Shown here one piece after another: positions 1-11,715 of a stretch of DNA of 64,000 bases. The position numbers and the translations under genes were made by a program. The notes under the pieces are model-generated. The model had not been told where the DNA came from, did no database searches, and saw only the letters and a list, made by a program, of their open reading frames with translations. The DNA comes from Eledone cirrhosa (taxonomy: Eukaryota), in assembly GCA_964016885.1 (NCBI GenBank), contig OZ024740.1:307148001-307212000 (forward strand), written 5' to 3'. How positions within the stretch are numbered: the first letter of the stretch is position 1; each line of letters starts with the position of its first letter.

Positions 1-24
1 ATATATATATATATATATATATAT

Positions 25-489
25 TTCGTTTCTGAATTTGTTTAGCAAGATTCTTTATCTGAAATCGTGTGTTGAAACCGATATTGTTATACTTTGGGAG
101 GGTCATGTTGCCAATAAGAAACACACGCACCAGTTGCTTTCACTTCAATTTATTATAATAAATTTATAAATTTCTGGTTGGTTGGTTGGTTCCACAACCA
201 GGTAGTTGTGTATATATTGTCATAGTTCTTTCGTCACACACTCTGTGACCTCACAGAAACAAAATCGCGTAGGACAGAACAAAGGAGAGGCACAAAAACA
301 AAGAAAAGAATCCCCAGTCACTGAAGAGGTCACAGAGTGTGTGACGAAAGAACTATGACAATATATACACAACTACCTGGTTGTGGAACCAACCAACCAA
401 CCAGAAATTTATAAATTTATTATAATAAATTGAAGTGAAAGCAACTGGTGCGTGTGTTTCTTATTGGCAACATGACCCTCCCAAAGTAT

Positions 490-497
<8 letters not shown>
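25..497. mobile_element. Foldback Penelope-like terminal repeat remnant between (TA)n tracts
   Basis: Inverted arms 81-252 and 326-497 (172 bp) around a 73-bp spacer. The same family recurs at 23266-23510 and is related to the GIY-YIG-bearing element at 21988-23199. Confidence 0.8.
317..359 (+). ncRNA. Minimal type I hammerhead ribozyme
   Basis: gtca-CTGAAGA-g-gtcac(agagtgt)gtgac-GAAA-gaac-TA-tgac. Stem I is gtca/tgac, stem II is gtcac/gtgac, and stem III is minimal. Confidence 0.7.
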
Positions 498-559
<62 letters not shown>

Positions 560-563
560 TTAG

Positions 564-625
564 TCCTTCATCAGTGATCTTCCAACCTTCATTGGTATTT
601 CATTGCTTTAAAGACCATATACTTC
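564..625 (-). ncRNA. Candidate non-circularly permuted hammerhead ribozyme
   Basis: Minus strand reads gta-TA-tggtctt-taaagcaat-GAAA-tacca-atgaaggttgg-aagatca-CTGATGA-agga. Stem I (tggtctt/aagatca) and stem III (gta/tac) pair; stem II is weak. Confidence 0.5.
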
Positions 626-984
626 CAGTTGGTGCGAGCAACGGCTAAAGAAAGTCGTTGGGACACGTAAATAAGGGGAACGAGCGAGACAGTAAACAAT
701 CAAAGATGGTAATGCAACGAAAAGTGAGGAAGAAGGAGTCAAGTCCCTGAAATCGATGAACATAAGTTCTGTGAAATCGTAGACGAGAGAGAATAAAGAC
801 CATCCGACCTGGTCAGAGTGTGCGTGAGGAAAATATATGTATATATGCAAAAATCTTTATCCATATGAACACTATTGACAATATTAATAGTAATGTAGAT
901 TTTTGCCGAATGAGAAACTTGGATTCTTCTTGTGTGGTTATTTACATTGTTTAAAAATCCTGGAATTAGCAGAACCATCTGTTA

Positions 985-1170
985 TTCTTGTTTTATAACA
1001 AGCAAGAAGTCAATCTGGCTTATATGTTCACCTGATTGGTAGGTGATCAAGTGGCTTGTTGGTTTCCTGAAATTAATGTTGTGAATTGTTCAGTCACATG
1101 CATCACAGAATTCTAGAAGTTTGATCCCTCATCATTTCTTGAACCATATCCATAGTCACCATGCACTCCA
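985..1170 (-). pseudogene. RTE LINE AP-endonuclease fragment
   Basis: Minus-strand translation includes LLEFCDA..NINFRKPTSHLITYQSGEHISQIDFLLV, a typical RTE APE C-terminal motif. Confidence 0.7.
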
Positions 1171-1433
1171 AATTATCTATATTATGATAAACAGATAATT
1201 ATTTCAATTTATCAGAAGAATAGCAACCATTTCTACCCATCCTAATATAAACAAAACAAGGTTTTCTAATAAATGTTATATGCTGTTGCAGAAAATGGAA
1301 AAATAATAATTTAGGTATTATCTCACTGTCTGAGCATGCTACTCTGATATTGTTTCAATAAGGATATTCCCTACCTCTATTTGTATTAATACTTTAAAAA
1401 TAATAATTTCCGTTATTAATTAGGACCGATATC

Positions 1434-1803
1434 TCTGGCGTTACGCAGTAATACAGAGGACCCGACTTCCCGATGAGTACAAGCCAAAGCTGAACCATAT
1501 AGACAATATACTCCCACCCCCTCCCACTGTAAAGTGGTCATGGAGGTGTCATGACAAAAAAGCACCCAGTCCATACTATAAAGTGGTCGTGTAGGCGCCA
1601 CGGTAAAAAAGCACCCAGCACTCACTGTAAATGAGGTTGGTGTTAGGAAGGGCATCCAGCTGTAGAAATCAAGCCAAAATCAGTTTCCATATGAGTAAGA
1701 CATGGTCAGCCAACCAGACATTGCCCACAACAGGACAACCTGTCTAATCCATGCTAGTGTGGAAGAATGGATGTAAAACGGGGATGAGGATGATGATGAT
1801 GAT
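1434..1803 (+). mobile_element. RTE LINE 3' end, inverted relative to the adjacent copy
   Basis: Diverged reverse complement of 1804-2152, ending in a (GAT)n tail. Confidence 0.85.
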
Positions 1804-4010
1804 ATCATCATCATCACCATTTTACGTCCGTTCTTCCACGCTAGCATGGGTTAGACGGGTTGTCCTGTTGTGGGCAGTGTCTGGTCGGCTGACCATGCCT
1901 TGCTCATACAGGAACTGATCTGGCTTGATTTCTACAGCTGGATGCCCTTCCTAACACCAACCTCATTTACAGTGAGTGCTGGGTGCTTTTTCGTGGCGCC
2001 TACACGTCCACTTTACAGTGTGGGCTGGGTGCTTTTTTGCCGTGGCACCTCCACGACCACCTTGCGGTGGGGTGTGTGGGGGCATATTGTCTATATGCTT
2101 CAGCTTGTACCCATGGGAGGTCGGGTACTCTGTATTACTGCGTGACGCCAGAAGTCACGGTCGTGTGTCATTGCCTTTGAGAGGTGTAATTGGGTAAGGT
2201 CGGCTTTTATCACCTCATCCCAGGTCATCTTGGGTCTCCCCACTCCGCGGTTTCCATCAACTTCTAATGCTCTGCACCTTTTTATGCAGCTGTCATCCTT
2301 CATACGCATCACATGTCCATACCAGTGCAACCGCCTCTCCTGCACACAGCATTTGATTCCTCTTATGCTCAGTCTCTCTCTCAATTCATTTATGCTTTGC
2401 CGTTCACGTATATTACTGTTACACATCCATCGGAGCATGCAGGCTTCGTTTCTCTCTAATCTACGTAAGTCTTCCACCTTCAGCGCCCAGGTCTCACTAC
2501 CATGCAACATTGCTGTTCGGATACATGCATCATACAGTCTGCCTTTCATTCTAAGGGAGAAGCCTTTTGCAGCTAGCAGTGGCAGTAGTTCCCTGAACTT
2601 CTTCCATCCCGTTCTTACCCTAGTTATTGTACTTTCTGAACACCCACCTCCGCTGCTAATTTGGTCACCTAGGTAGCAGAAGCTGTCTACTGTTTCTACA
2701 GAGCCCTCCCAGAGATTGGTGGTACTTGATTCCTGTGGCTGTTTGCTGCTTGCTGTCTCAGTACAGCTGCTGCATGTGAAGCCTACATTCTTAATTAAGC
2801 TTCCTGAGATCCCGCTACATCTCTTGTGTACCCATTGTTTGCATTTGGGGCAGAGAATGGAGTTCCTACCTACACCTTTCCTACATACTGAGCAAGGCCA
2901 TTTCCCTGAGGGGATCTGGGTTCTGTTTTCTCGTCTACTTACAAGGACCTTACTCTTTGTCATGTTGACTTTGAGACCCCTTCTTTCTAGTCCCTGCTTC
3001 CAAGTTTGGAATTTATTCTCTAGTTCTACCATAGATTCAGCTATGAGTGCGAGGTCATCAGCATACAGGAGTTCCCATGGGCATCCGGTCTTAAACTCCT
3101 CCATTATTGCCTGCAGGACTATGATGAACAGGAGGGGGCTAAGAACAGAGCCCTGGTGGACCCCAACCTGTATGCTAAATTCCTTGCTATACTCATTGCT
3201 AATCCTAAGTTTGCTGACTGCTCCCCTATACATGGCTTGTACCGCTTTCACAAGCCATTCATCTACTCCTAGTTTTCTAAGAGCCCACCAGATTACAGCA
3301 CGTGGAACTCTGTCAAAGGCTTTCTCAAGGTCGACAAATGCCAAGTAGAGTGGCTTACTTTTAGCTAGGTACTTTTCCTGTAATTGCCTCACAAGGAAGA
3401 GGGCATCAGTGGTGCCTCTTCCTGGTACAAACCCAAATTGCATCTCATCTATTTTCACCCGGTCCCTAATCAACTGTGCTATAACTCTTTCTGTTACTTT
3501 CATAACCTGGTCCATCAACTTTATACCTCTATAGTTTCCTCTATCTAGTGCATCACCTTTACCTTTGTAGCAGTTGACATTGATGCTACTGCACCAATCT
3601 TTTGGTATGACACCTTCTAGTATTACCTGGTTAACAATATGTGTGGTTATAGTGTGACCTACAGACCCAGATGCCTTCAGCATCTCGGCAGCTATACCCG
3701 ATGGACCGGTTGCATTCCCCATCTTCATATCTTTGATTGCCTTACTTACTACACTGCTGCTGACTTGTACTGCTGGCCCCTCTATAGGGTCTACTTGGGG
3801 TAGGGTCTCTTCTTCCCATGCATTCTCCTCATTTAGTAATCTATCATAATGACTCTTCCATGCATCTTTCTTCTCAGCACTTGTGAGGGAAAGCTCACCT
3901 TTATCATTCCGGATACACTTCTCTCCAATGACATCACAACTATCTCTGACACACTGCCTCGCAATCTTGAATACCTCCTGTTTCTGGTCCTCACGTTGCA
4001 AAACATGCTT
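1804..4010 (-). mobile_element. 5'-truncated RTE-clade LINE
   Basis: RT ORF followed by a 3'UTR with ~47-bp internal repeats and a (GAT)n tail. The 5' end is cut at a (TA)n tract. Confidence 0.9.
2100..4001 (-). CDS. RTE reverse transcriptase, 5'-truncated, with PHD-like zinc-finger insertion
   Basis: 633-aa open frame with NYRGIKL, QFGF, FVDLEKAFD, QGSVLSP, LYADD, CSVC..CPKC..H..C..CSSC and GRPKMTW motifs. Confidence 0.9.
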   Translation of the reverse strand: MQREDQKQEVFKIARQCVRDSCDVIGEKCIRNDKGELSLTSAEKKDAWKSHYDRLLNEENAWEEETLPQVDPIEGPAVQVSSSVVSKAIKDMKMGNATGPSGIAAEMLKASGSVGHTITTHIVNQVILEGVIPKDWCSSINVNCYKGKGDALDRGNYRGIKLMDQVMKVTERVIAQLIRDRVKIDEMQFGFVPGRGTTDALFLVRQLQEKYLAKSKPLYLAFVDLEKAFDRVPRAVIWWALRKLGVDEWLVKAVQAMYRGAVSKLRISNEYSKEFSIQVGVHQGSVLSPLLFIIVLQAIMEEFKTGCPWELLYADDLALIAESMVELENKFQTWKQGLERRGLKVNMTKSKVLVSRRENRTQIPSGKWPCSVCRKGVGRNSILCPKCKQWVHKRCSGISGSLIKNVGFTCSSCTETASSKQPQESSTTNLWEGSVETVDSFCYLGDQISSGGGCSESTITRVRTGWKKFRELLPLLAAKGFSLRMKGRLYDACIRTAMLHGSETWALKVEDLRRLERNEACMLRWMCNSNIRERQSINELRERLSIRGIKCCVQERRLHWYGHVMRMKDDSCIKRCRALEVDGNRGVGRPKMTWDEVIKADLTQLHLSKAMTHDRDFWRHAVIQSTRPPMGTS

Positions 4011-4064
4011 GAATATATATATATATATATATATATATCATCATCATCATCATCATCATTTTAC

Positions 4065-4160
<96 letters not shown>

Positions 4161-4839
4161 TAGTTATCGTTTTCTGTTACTCTGGTTTAAGTGTTAGAGT
4201 AACGTTTATTGAGGGCTGTGTAAATCTTGCAGCTGGATGCCCGTCCTAACACCACCCACATTAACAGTGAATACTGTGTGCTTTTTGTCGTGACACCTAC
4301 ATGGCCACTTTACAGTATGTACATCATTGTCAGCAGCACCATTTTATATCTGCTTATAATGCTGTAATGGATTGCATGGGTCATTACAGACCAAGTCAGT
4401 ACTTATTTGGAAATACTGCCCTCCTTGACAGATCAAGAGACCACGTCTTGCTCAGATACATTCCATACTTACATGGATTATGCATTCTATTATAGCACCA
4501 ATACTAGAGAGGTTGTCTTTTACTTGACACAATTAAAAAAATCCTCTCAACCCTTTTTTATGCTTGGTTTTAACAACTGAATGTTCTTCTTAATGCCAAC
4601 CATTTTGAAGAATGTACTGAATGCATTTTATGGTATCACTATGTAAACGTTGTCTTGTCCTTGATGTGTCTGAAGAGTCCACTCTACCCTATATTGTTAC
4701 TGTTCAGTGTTAACCGGATACAACTAAGAGGTCTTTAGTGGATAGAGTAATGTAAGAAGAAGGGGTCTTCTTAGGGCAATTTGTACCAGTGGATAGGTCT
4801 TTTCCAGCATACACACTGCTTATCATTGTGGTCTTTTGT

Positions 4840-5940
4840 CGTCTCCTTCATGATTGCCTGAATGATTATAATAAGTAGCAGGATGCTGAAGACTGAGTTT
4901 TGTTGCAACCCAGGCTACATGCTAAATTTGTCACTATACTCCTTCCTGGCACTTTGTTGATTGTGCCTCTGTACATGACTTGTACAGCCCTTACCAGGCA
5001 TCTGTCCATCCTTAGCTTTTGTAGCCCCCATCGGATCATAGAGTGTGGAACCCTGTCAGGGTCCTTCCCTGAATCTAGAAATATTAAATAAAGGAACTTA
5101 TTCTTATGTAAGTAATTCTCCAGTAGTTTTCTCACAAATCTGAACTGCATTTCAACTTGAATTCTGCTTCTGATCAATTATGTGATAACTCTTTCCATAA
5201 ATTTCATAAGCTGGTTCAGCAGTTTGTTCCTTCTGTAGTTGCTTTACTCCAGTGCATCATCCTTGTCCTTGTAGCAGTTGATGATGCTGTTACTATGTCA
5301 CTGTTCTGTATTATCTGGTTTCCAATGTCAGTGACTAGCCTGAATCCTACTCTGCTAAATGGTTTAAGCTCCTCTGCAACTATTTTTGATGGACCTGCTG
5401 CCTTCCCTGTCTTAATATATATAATTTCTCTAGAGAACATACTGTTGTCAACTTTAATAGCTTCTAGTGGATCAACCTCCATTCTTCACATTCAACAGCC
5501 TCTCATAACAGCACTTCTGTGCTTCCTTTTCAGAGTTATTAAGAGCAAACATACTATTTTCTCTTTGTTCATACTTCTTCCCAACAATATTTTGATTCTC
5601 TCTGGTTTACTGCTTTGTAAACTGAAGCAACTCACACTTCAGAACATATTCAAACCTCTTTCTTTCTGCCTCTCCCTTTGCTTGCTTTACTTGATGTCTA
5701 GCTACTTTTGTAGCTTCTTGGTATGATTTTATAGCCCTCTAGCACCCCTGTCTTGTTGAACCATACTCCTACCACAGATCTGGTCAGCAGCTTTACCTTG
5801 AGCAGTTGTTGTCACTTTGCTAGATGCAGTTTTCAACAGCTCATCTCCTTCTCGGAGCTGTATACCTTGGTCAAATGCACTAGGATACTGGAATGTCTTC
5901 AAGGGCTCACAGCCCTCAGCCAATTGAGCAGTGCTATATA
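4840..5940 (-). pseudogene. Degenerate RTE LINE RT fragment
   Basis: Frameshifted peptides GKAAGPSKIVAEELK and DRVPHSMIRWGLQKL..VRAVQVMY align with the ORF at 2100-4001. Confidence 0.8.
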
Positions 5941-6084
5941 GAAGGAATTGAATTTTTTGATGAATCTAGTCAGACTAGCGTTTCTAAATCGTGCTCATTT
6001 GTGAAATAATGAAACATGTGTCAATTACATAATAAATGTTGATCCTCTAACTGTGATGTCATATATATACATTCACTCTCATAT

Positions 6085-6385
6085 AATCATCATCATCATT
6101 CTTTCGCATTTTCTTTCCATGCTGGCATGGGTTGGATGGGTTGTCATGGTCCAAGACCAAATGGATCTCAGCAACCTCATCTTGCTCAAATGTTTTAAAT
6201 TTGATATGGTTTCTACAGCTGGATGTCCTTTCTAACACCAACTATCTTACAGGATTCACTGAGTATTTTTTTACGGCCCCCACCACTATCAATTTACAGA
6301 GTGTACTGGGTGCATTTTTCATGGCACCAGCACTACCACTTTACAGTGTGTACTGAATGAATTTTATCATGGCACCAGTATGAGA
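6085..6385 (-). mobile_element. RTE-type 3' tail remnant
   Basis: (CAT)n, ccatgctggcatgggtt and ctacagctggatg..ctaacaccaac are shared with 1804-2070. Similar remnants lie at 4225-4330, 29200-29470 and 32640-32790. Confidence 0.7.
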
Positions 6386-6852
6386 GAGGAAGCCACATGT
6401 TCATCTGATTGAAGAGTCCACTCAAATCTTATATTGTCTCTATTCAATTGTCAACTTTTAGTCTCATGGAACTTGTAATGGTGGACAGATCTTTTGAGCT
6501 TTGATTCTCAGAAAACAGAAACTATTAAAACAACAGTCTTTGCTTACTCCCCCTCCCCCCCGGATGAAGATTTGTTGCGTTGTTTAACACCATCACCTAT
6601 CCCTTGGGTGACTTCAGCAGGTTCAATTCTGTTGCAAGCATTTTGGCCTGGCCTCTAATTCAAGGATACATATAGTTCTCCCTCCTACCAGTATCTGAGG
6701 CCATAAAAAGGATCATAGGCACTGCCTCCCTCACCTCAACCCCTGACTAAACAATAAAAAATACAAGCCATGATGATCCGAAACTTTCCTTAGTCACAAT
6801 GAATGAACCCAGGATACTCTTACTTAATATGTTCTTATTTTCTAAAGATATT

Positions 6853-6920
6853 AGGATATGATTTGAGTGAGATTTGGTTGCTATTTCTAGCAGATCAAGC
6901 AACCATTGATGAGGTCCCCC
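6853..6920 (+). repeat. Dispersed short repeat family
   Basis: taggat.tgatttga..agatttggttg.tatttctag also occurs at 10783-10850 (+) and, in reverse, near 26790-26860 and 27690-27740. Confidence 0.6.
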
Positions 6921-7364
6921 ACTGGTTTGTTTCCACAGTTATTGTTGCTGCTGTACTTGTCTTCCATGTGCTACACACCCCTGCAAGCCTCCCAATCTCT
7001 CTCTCATGCCTACACCAGTAACACACATTAACCCCACAGGTCAGCTGTGCAGATTTCACTTCCTGGTCTCATTTCATCATTAATTCTATGAAGCCACCAC
7101 AACCACCAACACCAGCAGCACCACATCATCACCACCACTGCCACCATCAACAACTCCATCACTCCCACCATCACTTCCCCACCACCACCACCATCACCCC
7201 TCTGCCAGAATCGTCTCCAACCATCACCCCCCCCCCCCCGGCCGAAACCACCACCATCACCATCACCACCACCACCACCATTGTCCTCAACAAAACCACA
7301 AATTACCACTATCACCACCAAAACCATCTTTATAGCCACTGCCATGAACACAATAATAATTGCT

Positions 7365-7520
7365 TCTACTTTAGGAACAAGGCCAGCAATTTGAAAGGAA
7401 GGGGAAAGTCGATTAAATTGACCTCATTACTTACTGGTACTTCATTTTATCAACCCTGTAAAGATGAAAGGCAAAGCTAACCTTGGTGGGATTTGAACTC
7501 AGAATGTAAAGGGCTGTAAT
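7365..7520 (-). mobile_element. tRNA-derived SINE family A, partial
   Basis: Reverse of the B box gagttcaaatccc and of the central domain ctttgcctttcatc..gataaaat. Confidence 0.75.
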
Positions 7521-7619
7521 AAACAGAATTATAATGAACACTGCCACTAGGAACAAACAATATACCTACTAACATCATCACCAATTCTTCATTACTACCA
7601 CCACTCCACTTGTCTAGCT

Positions 7620-9140
7620 AATAACACCATCACCACTACCTCTACATACCCACTCCACCACTATATTTACCTCAATAATAACACCATCACCAACACCACT
7701 ACATACCCACTTCACCACTATATTTACCTCAATAATACACCATCACCAACACCTCTACATACCCACTTCACCACTATATTTACCTCAATAATAAGACCAT
7801 CACCAACACCACTACATACCCACTTCACCACTATATTTACCTCAATAATAAGACCATCACCAACACCACTACATACCCACTCCACCACTATATTTACCTC
7901 AATAATAACACCATCACCAACACCACTACATACCCACTCCACCACTATATTTACCTCAATAATAACACCATCACCACTACCTCTACATACCCACTTCACC
8001 ACTATATTTACCTCAATAATAACACCATCACCAACACCACTACATACCCACTCCACCACTATATTTACCTCAATAATAACACCATCACCAACACCACTAC
8101 ATACCCACTTCACCACTATATTTACCTCAATAATAACACCATCACCAACACCACTACATACCCACTTCACCACTATATTTACCTCAATAATAACACCATC
8201 ACCAACACCACTACATACCCACTTCACCACTATATTTACCTCAATAATAACACCATCACCAACACCACTACATACCCACTTCACCACTATATTTACCTCA
8301 ATAATAAGGCCATCACCAACACCACTACATACCCACTCCACCACTATATTTACCTCAATAATAACACCATCACCAACACCACTACATACCCACTCCACCA
8401 CTATATTTACCTCAATAATAACACCATCACCAACACCACTACATACCCACTCCACCACTATATTTACCTCAATAATAACACCATCACCAACACCACTACA
8501 TACCCACTCCACCACTATATTTACCTCAATAATAACACCATCACCAACACCACTACATACCCACTCCACCACTATATTTACCTCAATAATAACACCATCA
8601 CCAACACCACTACATACCCACTTCACCACTATATTTACCTCAATAATAACACCATCACCAACACCACTACATACCCACTTCACCACTATATTTACCTCAA
8701 TAATAACACCATCACCAACACCACTACATACCCACTTCACCACTATATTTACCTCAATAATAACACCATCACCAACACCACTACATACCCACTTCACCAC
8801 TATATTTACCTCAATAATAAGGCCATCACCAACACCACTACATACCCACTCCACCACTATATTTACCTCAATAATAACACCATCACCAACACCACTACAT
8901 ACCCACTCCACCACTATATTTACCTCAATAATAACACCATCACCAACACCACTACATACCCACTCCACCACTATATTTACCTCAATAATAACACCATCAC
9001 CAACACCACTACATACCCACTCCACCACTATATTTACCTCAATAATAACACCATCACCAACACCACTACATACCCACTCCACCACTATATTTACCTCAAT
9101 AATAACACCATCACCAACACCACTACATACCCACTTCACC
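7620..9140. repeat. 57-bp minisatellite, about 26-27 copies
   Basis: Unit aataataacaccatcaccaacaccactacatacccact(c/t)caccactatatttacctc. It produces the 19-aa repeat ORF at 7724-9205. Confidence 0.97.
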
Positions 9141-9212
9141 AAGAGGGAGTACTTTTGATCATAGCTTAAATAATCATTTAGAAAAGGTCTGGGGCTAAAC
9201 AGCAACTCATTT

Positions 9213-9213
<1 letters not shown>

Positions 9214-9271
<58 letters not shown>

Positions 9272-9735
9272 TTACTACTACTACTACTACTTATCATTTC
9301 AATCACCATCAATACTAACAATACAGATATACCCCCAACACCACCACCACAATCACTAACAACACAGATATACCTCCACCACCACCGCCACCACTACCAT
9401 CATTACCACTAACAACACAGATATACCACCACCACCACCAACAATACAGATACACCTCCACCACCATAACCACTAACAACATAGATATACCACCACCACC
9501 ACCTCTACCACCACCATGACAACCACCACAACCACCGCCACCACCACCGCCACCACCCCTACCACCATCATGGCAAACACTACCACCTCCACCTCCACTG
9601 CCACCACCATGACAACCACCACCACCACCACCCCACCATACCATACACCATCAATCCACTCTGATAACTATTAGCGAGGACAATCATCCACAACACAACA
9701 CCACTAACATTTACTACCACCACTCTCACCACCAG
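9214..9735. repeat. (CTA)n microsatellite followed by a CAC-rich low-complexity tract
   Basis: Read directly; includes recurring aaca.agatat.. subunits. Confidence 0.9.
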
Positions 9736-10434
9736 CTCTAATGTCCGGTCCACCTCTCATTAAAGAGATTCAATCTGTTGGTAGACACAGCAGCAGTTTG
9801 CAGCCATTCATCAAAGTTTCCATACAGTGTAACATATCAGTATTGCAGCTGTGTTTACATATTGCAGCTGTTACACTCAATGCCCATATCCTGTGTCATT
9901 TCAGCCATCAGACCTCGAAACATCTTCTACACATCACTTTACAACTTTATCCTAAATCTTCATCAGCTTACTCCCTGCTTCCAGCATGCAGCCTGTCTAT
10001 AATACATCACACACTTACACAATCTATATACTGCATACATTTTTCATAAACATTTCAGCAAATATGAGTGTCGATGTAGTTTCTCAACACGATTAATGTA
10101 GTAAGTAATTCTCACTCACACAACCCCTCCTTATTGTCTTTAAAATGCAGCCAACATGACTCTACTGATTAGTGTCTCTGTCAAGGGTATTTAATCTTGC
10201 TTAACTTAACAGCCACATATGATAAACTTCAGGTGTTTGAAAGATGCAATGCTTAAGGATGACAATACAAGTTTGAAATTTAGTATTAGTATTAGGATTT
10301 AAATTCTTTATTTTTCATTAACTCACCATCAAGTTTAACCTTACATTACTGATTCTGCTGTTGTTTTTATCTACCTCCAGATCAGCCCTAAACAAGTAGA
10401 TCTATAATAAATGATAAAAACAGTAGGTACTTAC

Positions 10435-10484
10435 ATATCTCCGATACATAATATAGTGACTAGAAAAACGTTGATGAACTAAGA
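10435..10484 (-). other. Candidate 50-nt internal coding exon
   Basis: Acceptor tttttttattgcatAG and donor GTAAGT flank a single open frame, LVHQRFSSHYIMYRRY. Confidence 0.3.
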
Positions 10485-11507
10485 CTATGCAATAAAAAAA
10501 ACCCAACGCTTCTCTGGCTGTTTATGTTTATTAATTGAATGGATAAGCTCAGTTAATCAAAGTTTTTCAAGTCAATATATAACATATAAGAGACCCTGTT
10601 TGTGTATTTTGTATGTAGAATGCTTCCATGAGGTATCTTTCTTCAGCCATATTATATTTATGATAAATGACCTTCTTGTCTTTCTTTTATCTAGTAGTAT
10701 ATTTAATGTGTTCTTGGGACTACGTTATCAAATGTATTCTTGGGACTACATTATCAAAATATGTTCTTCCTTTTTAAGACAGTAGGATGTGATTTGAAGT
10801 AGATTTGGTTGGTATTTCTAGTTGACTGAGCAGCCATATAGAGGTTCCTTCATTGCTTAACTTCACCTATATAGTTCAATCAGATGATTTTAAACTAACG
10901 TTTAATGCCAGGGGACTTCCAGTTTATATCAAGTAAATAATCATAAAACCTGACAATATTTAACAACTAACATTCTTCGTCCACAACACTTACACATTGA
11001 ACGGCACAACTTATGGTTATCTTTAGATACACTACATTTACAAACATGCATGTCTTAGGAGTATGTTAATATATAGAACAGCTGAAGATGATTGGAGATA
11101 ACGTTATTGAAACATTGTTTCAAAGTAGACAAAAAAATGCTGATAACCTTAAAATTAAAGCTGCTATGAAATATACAGACGATAGAAAATTCTATTTATT
11201 TACGAATTAAAGCAATTGTGATCAAAAACAGATCTCACTCTACACATTTCCCTTCACTTGGGCTCTGCCAATATTTCTATGAAAGGCATGAATGTCACAA
11301 CATCTCACACCCCACTTCCTTAGGGTATCATGCTTAATCAAAAGAGACATTTTGTTGCAAGAGTCCTATTTAAAAATACTATCTTTTGGTTTCTCAGCCA
11401 CGACAAACTCTTGTGATTTGAGGGCCATTCAAGTGCCAGCAGTTTAGTTGTCTCTAAATCCAACAGAGATGATAACACCCTTTCCACAAATCATCCAAGT
11501 CTATTAA

Positions 11508-11715
11508 CCCTTTAGCATTTAAACTGGCTGTATCTGGCCAGAATTATCTCACCTCTTTCTGTTCAAACTGGCCATATCTGGCTGCTCATACTTATGTTAA
11601 GGTATTATTCTCAAAATAAATAATATCAAAATCTCCTAGATTCAATATTATGTGAGATAAAGCTTTTATCATGAAAATATGATAGTAAATATAGAGTAAG
11701 GTAAATGTTAAAGGG
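11508..11715. mobile_element. piggyBac-type MITE
   Basis: TTAA on both sides (11504-11507, 11716-11719). TIRs ccctttagcattta / taaatgttaaaggg match at 13 of 14 positions. Confidence 0.8.

Noticed and set aside
2230-3348. Plus-strand ORFs antisense to the RTE, and similar ORFs antisense to Tx1 ORF2
   Set aside because: They are shadow ORFs with no recognisable motifs.
7724-9205. 493-aa repeat protein
   Set aside because: It is a 57-bp minisatellite whose unit length is divisible by 3, with a non-ATG start.
9826-9880. miRNA-like hairpin with repeated tattgcagctgt
   Set aside because: Only the outer 8 bp or so pair, and it matches no mature miRNA I recognise.
11076-11120. CTGAAGA..GAAAC hammerhead-like motif
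   Set aside because: Stem II is weak and there is no consistent cleavage triplet.
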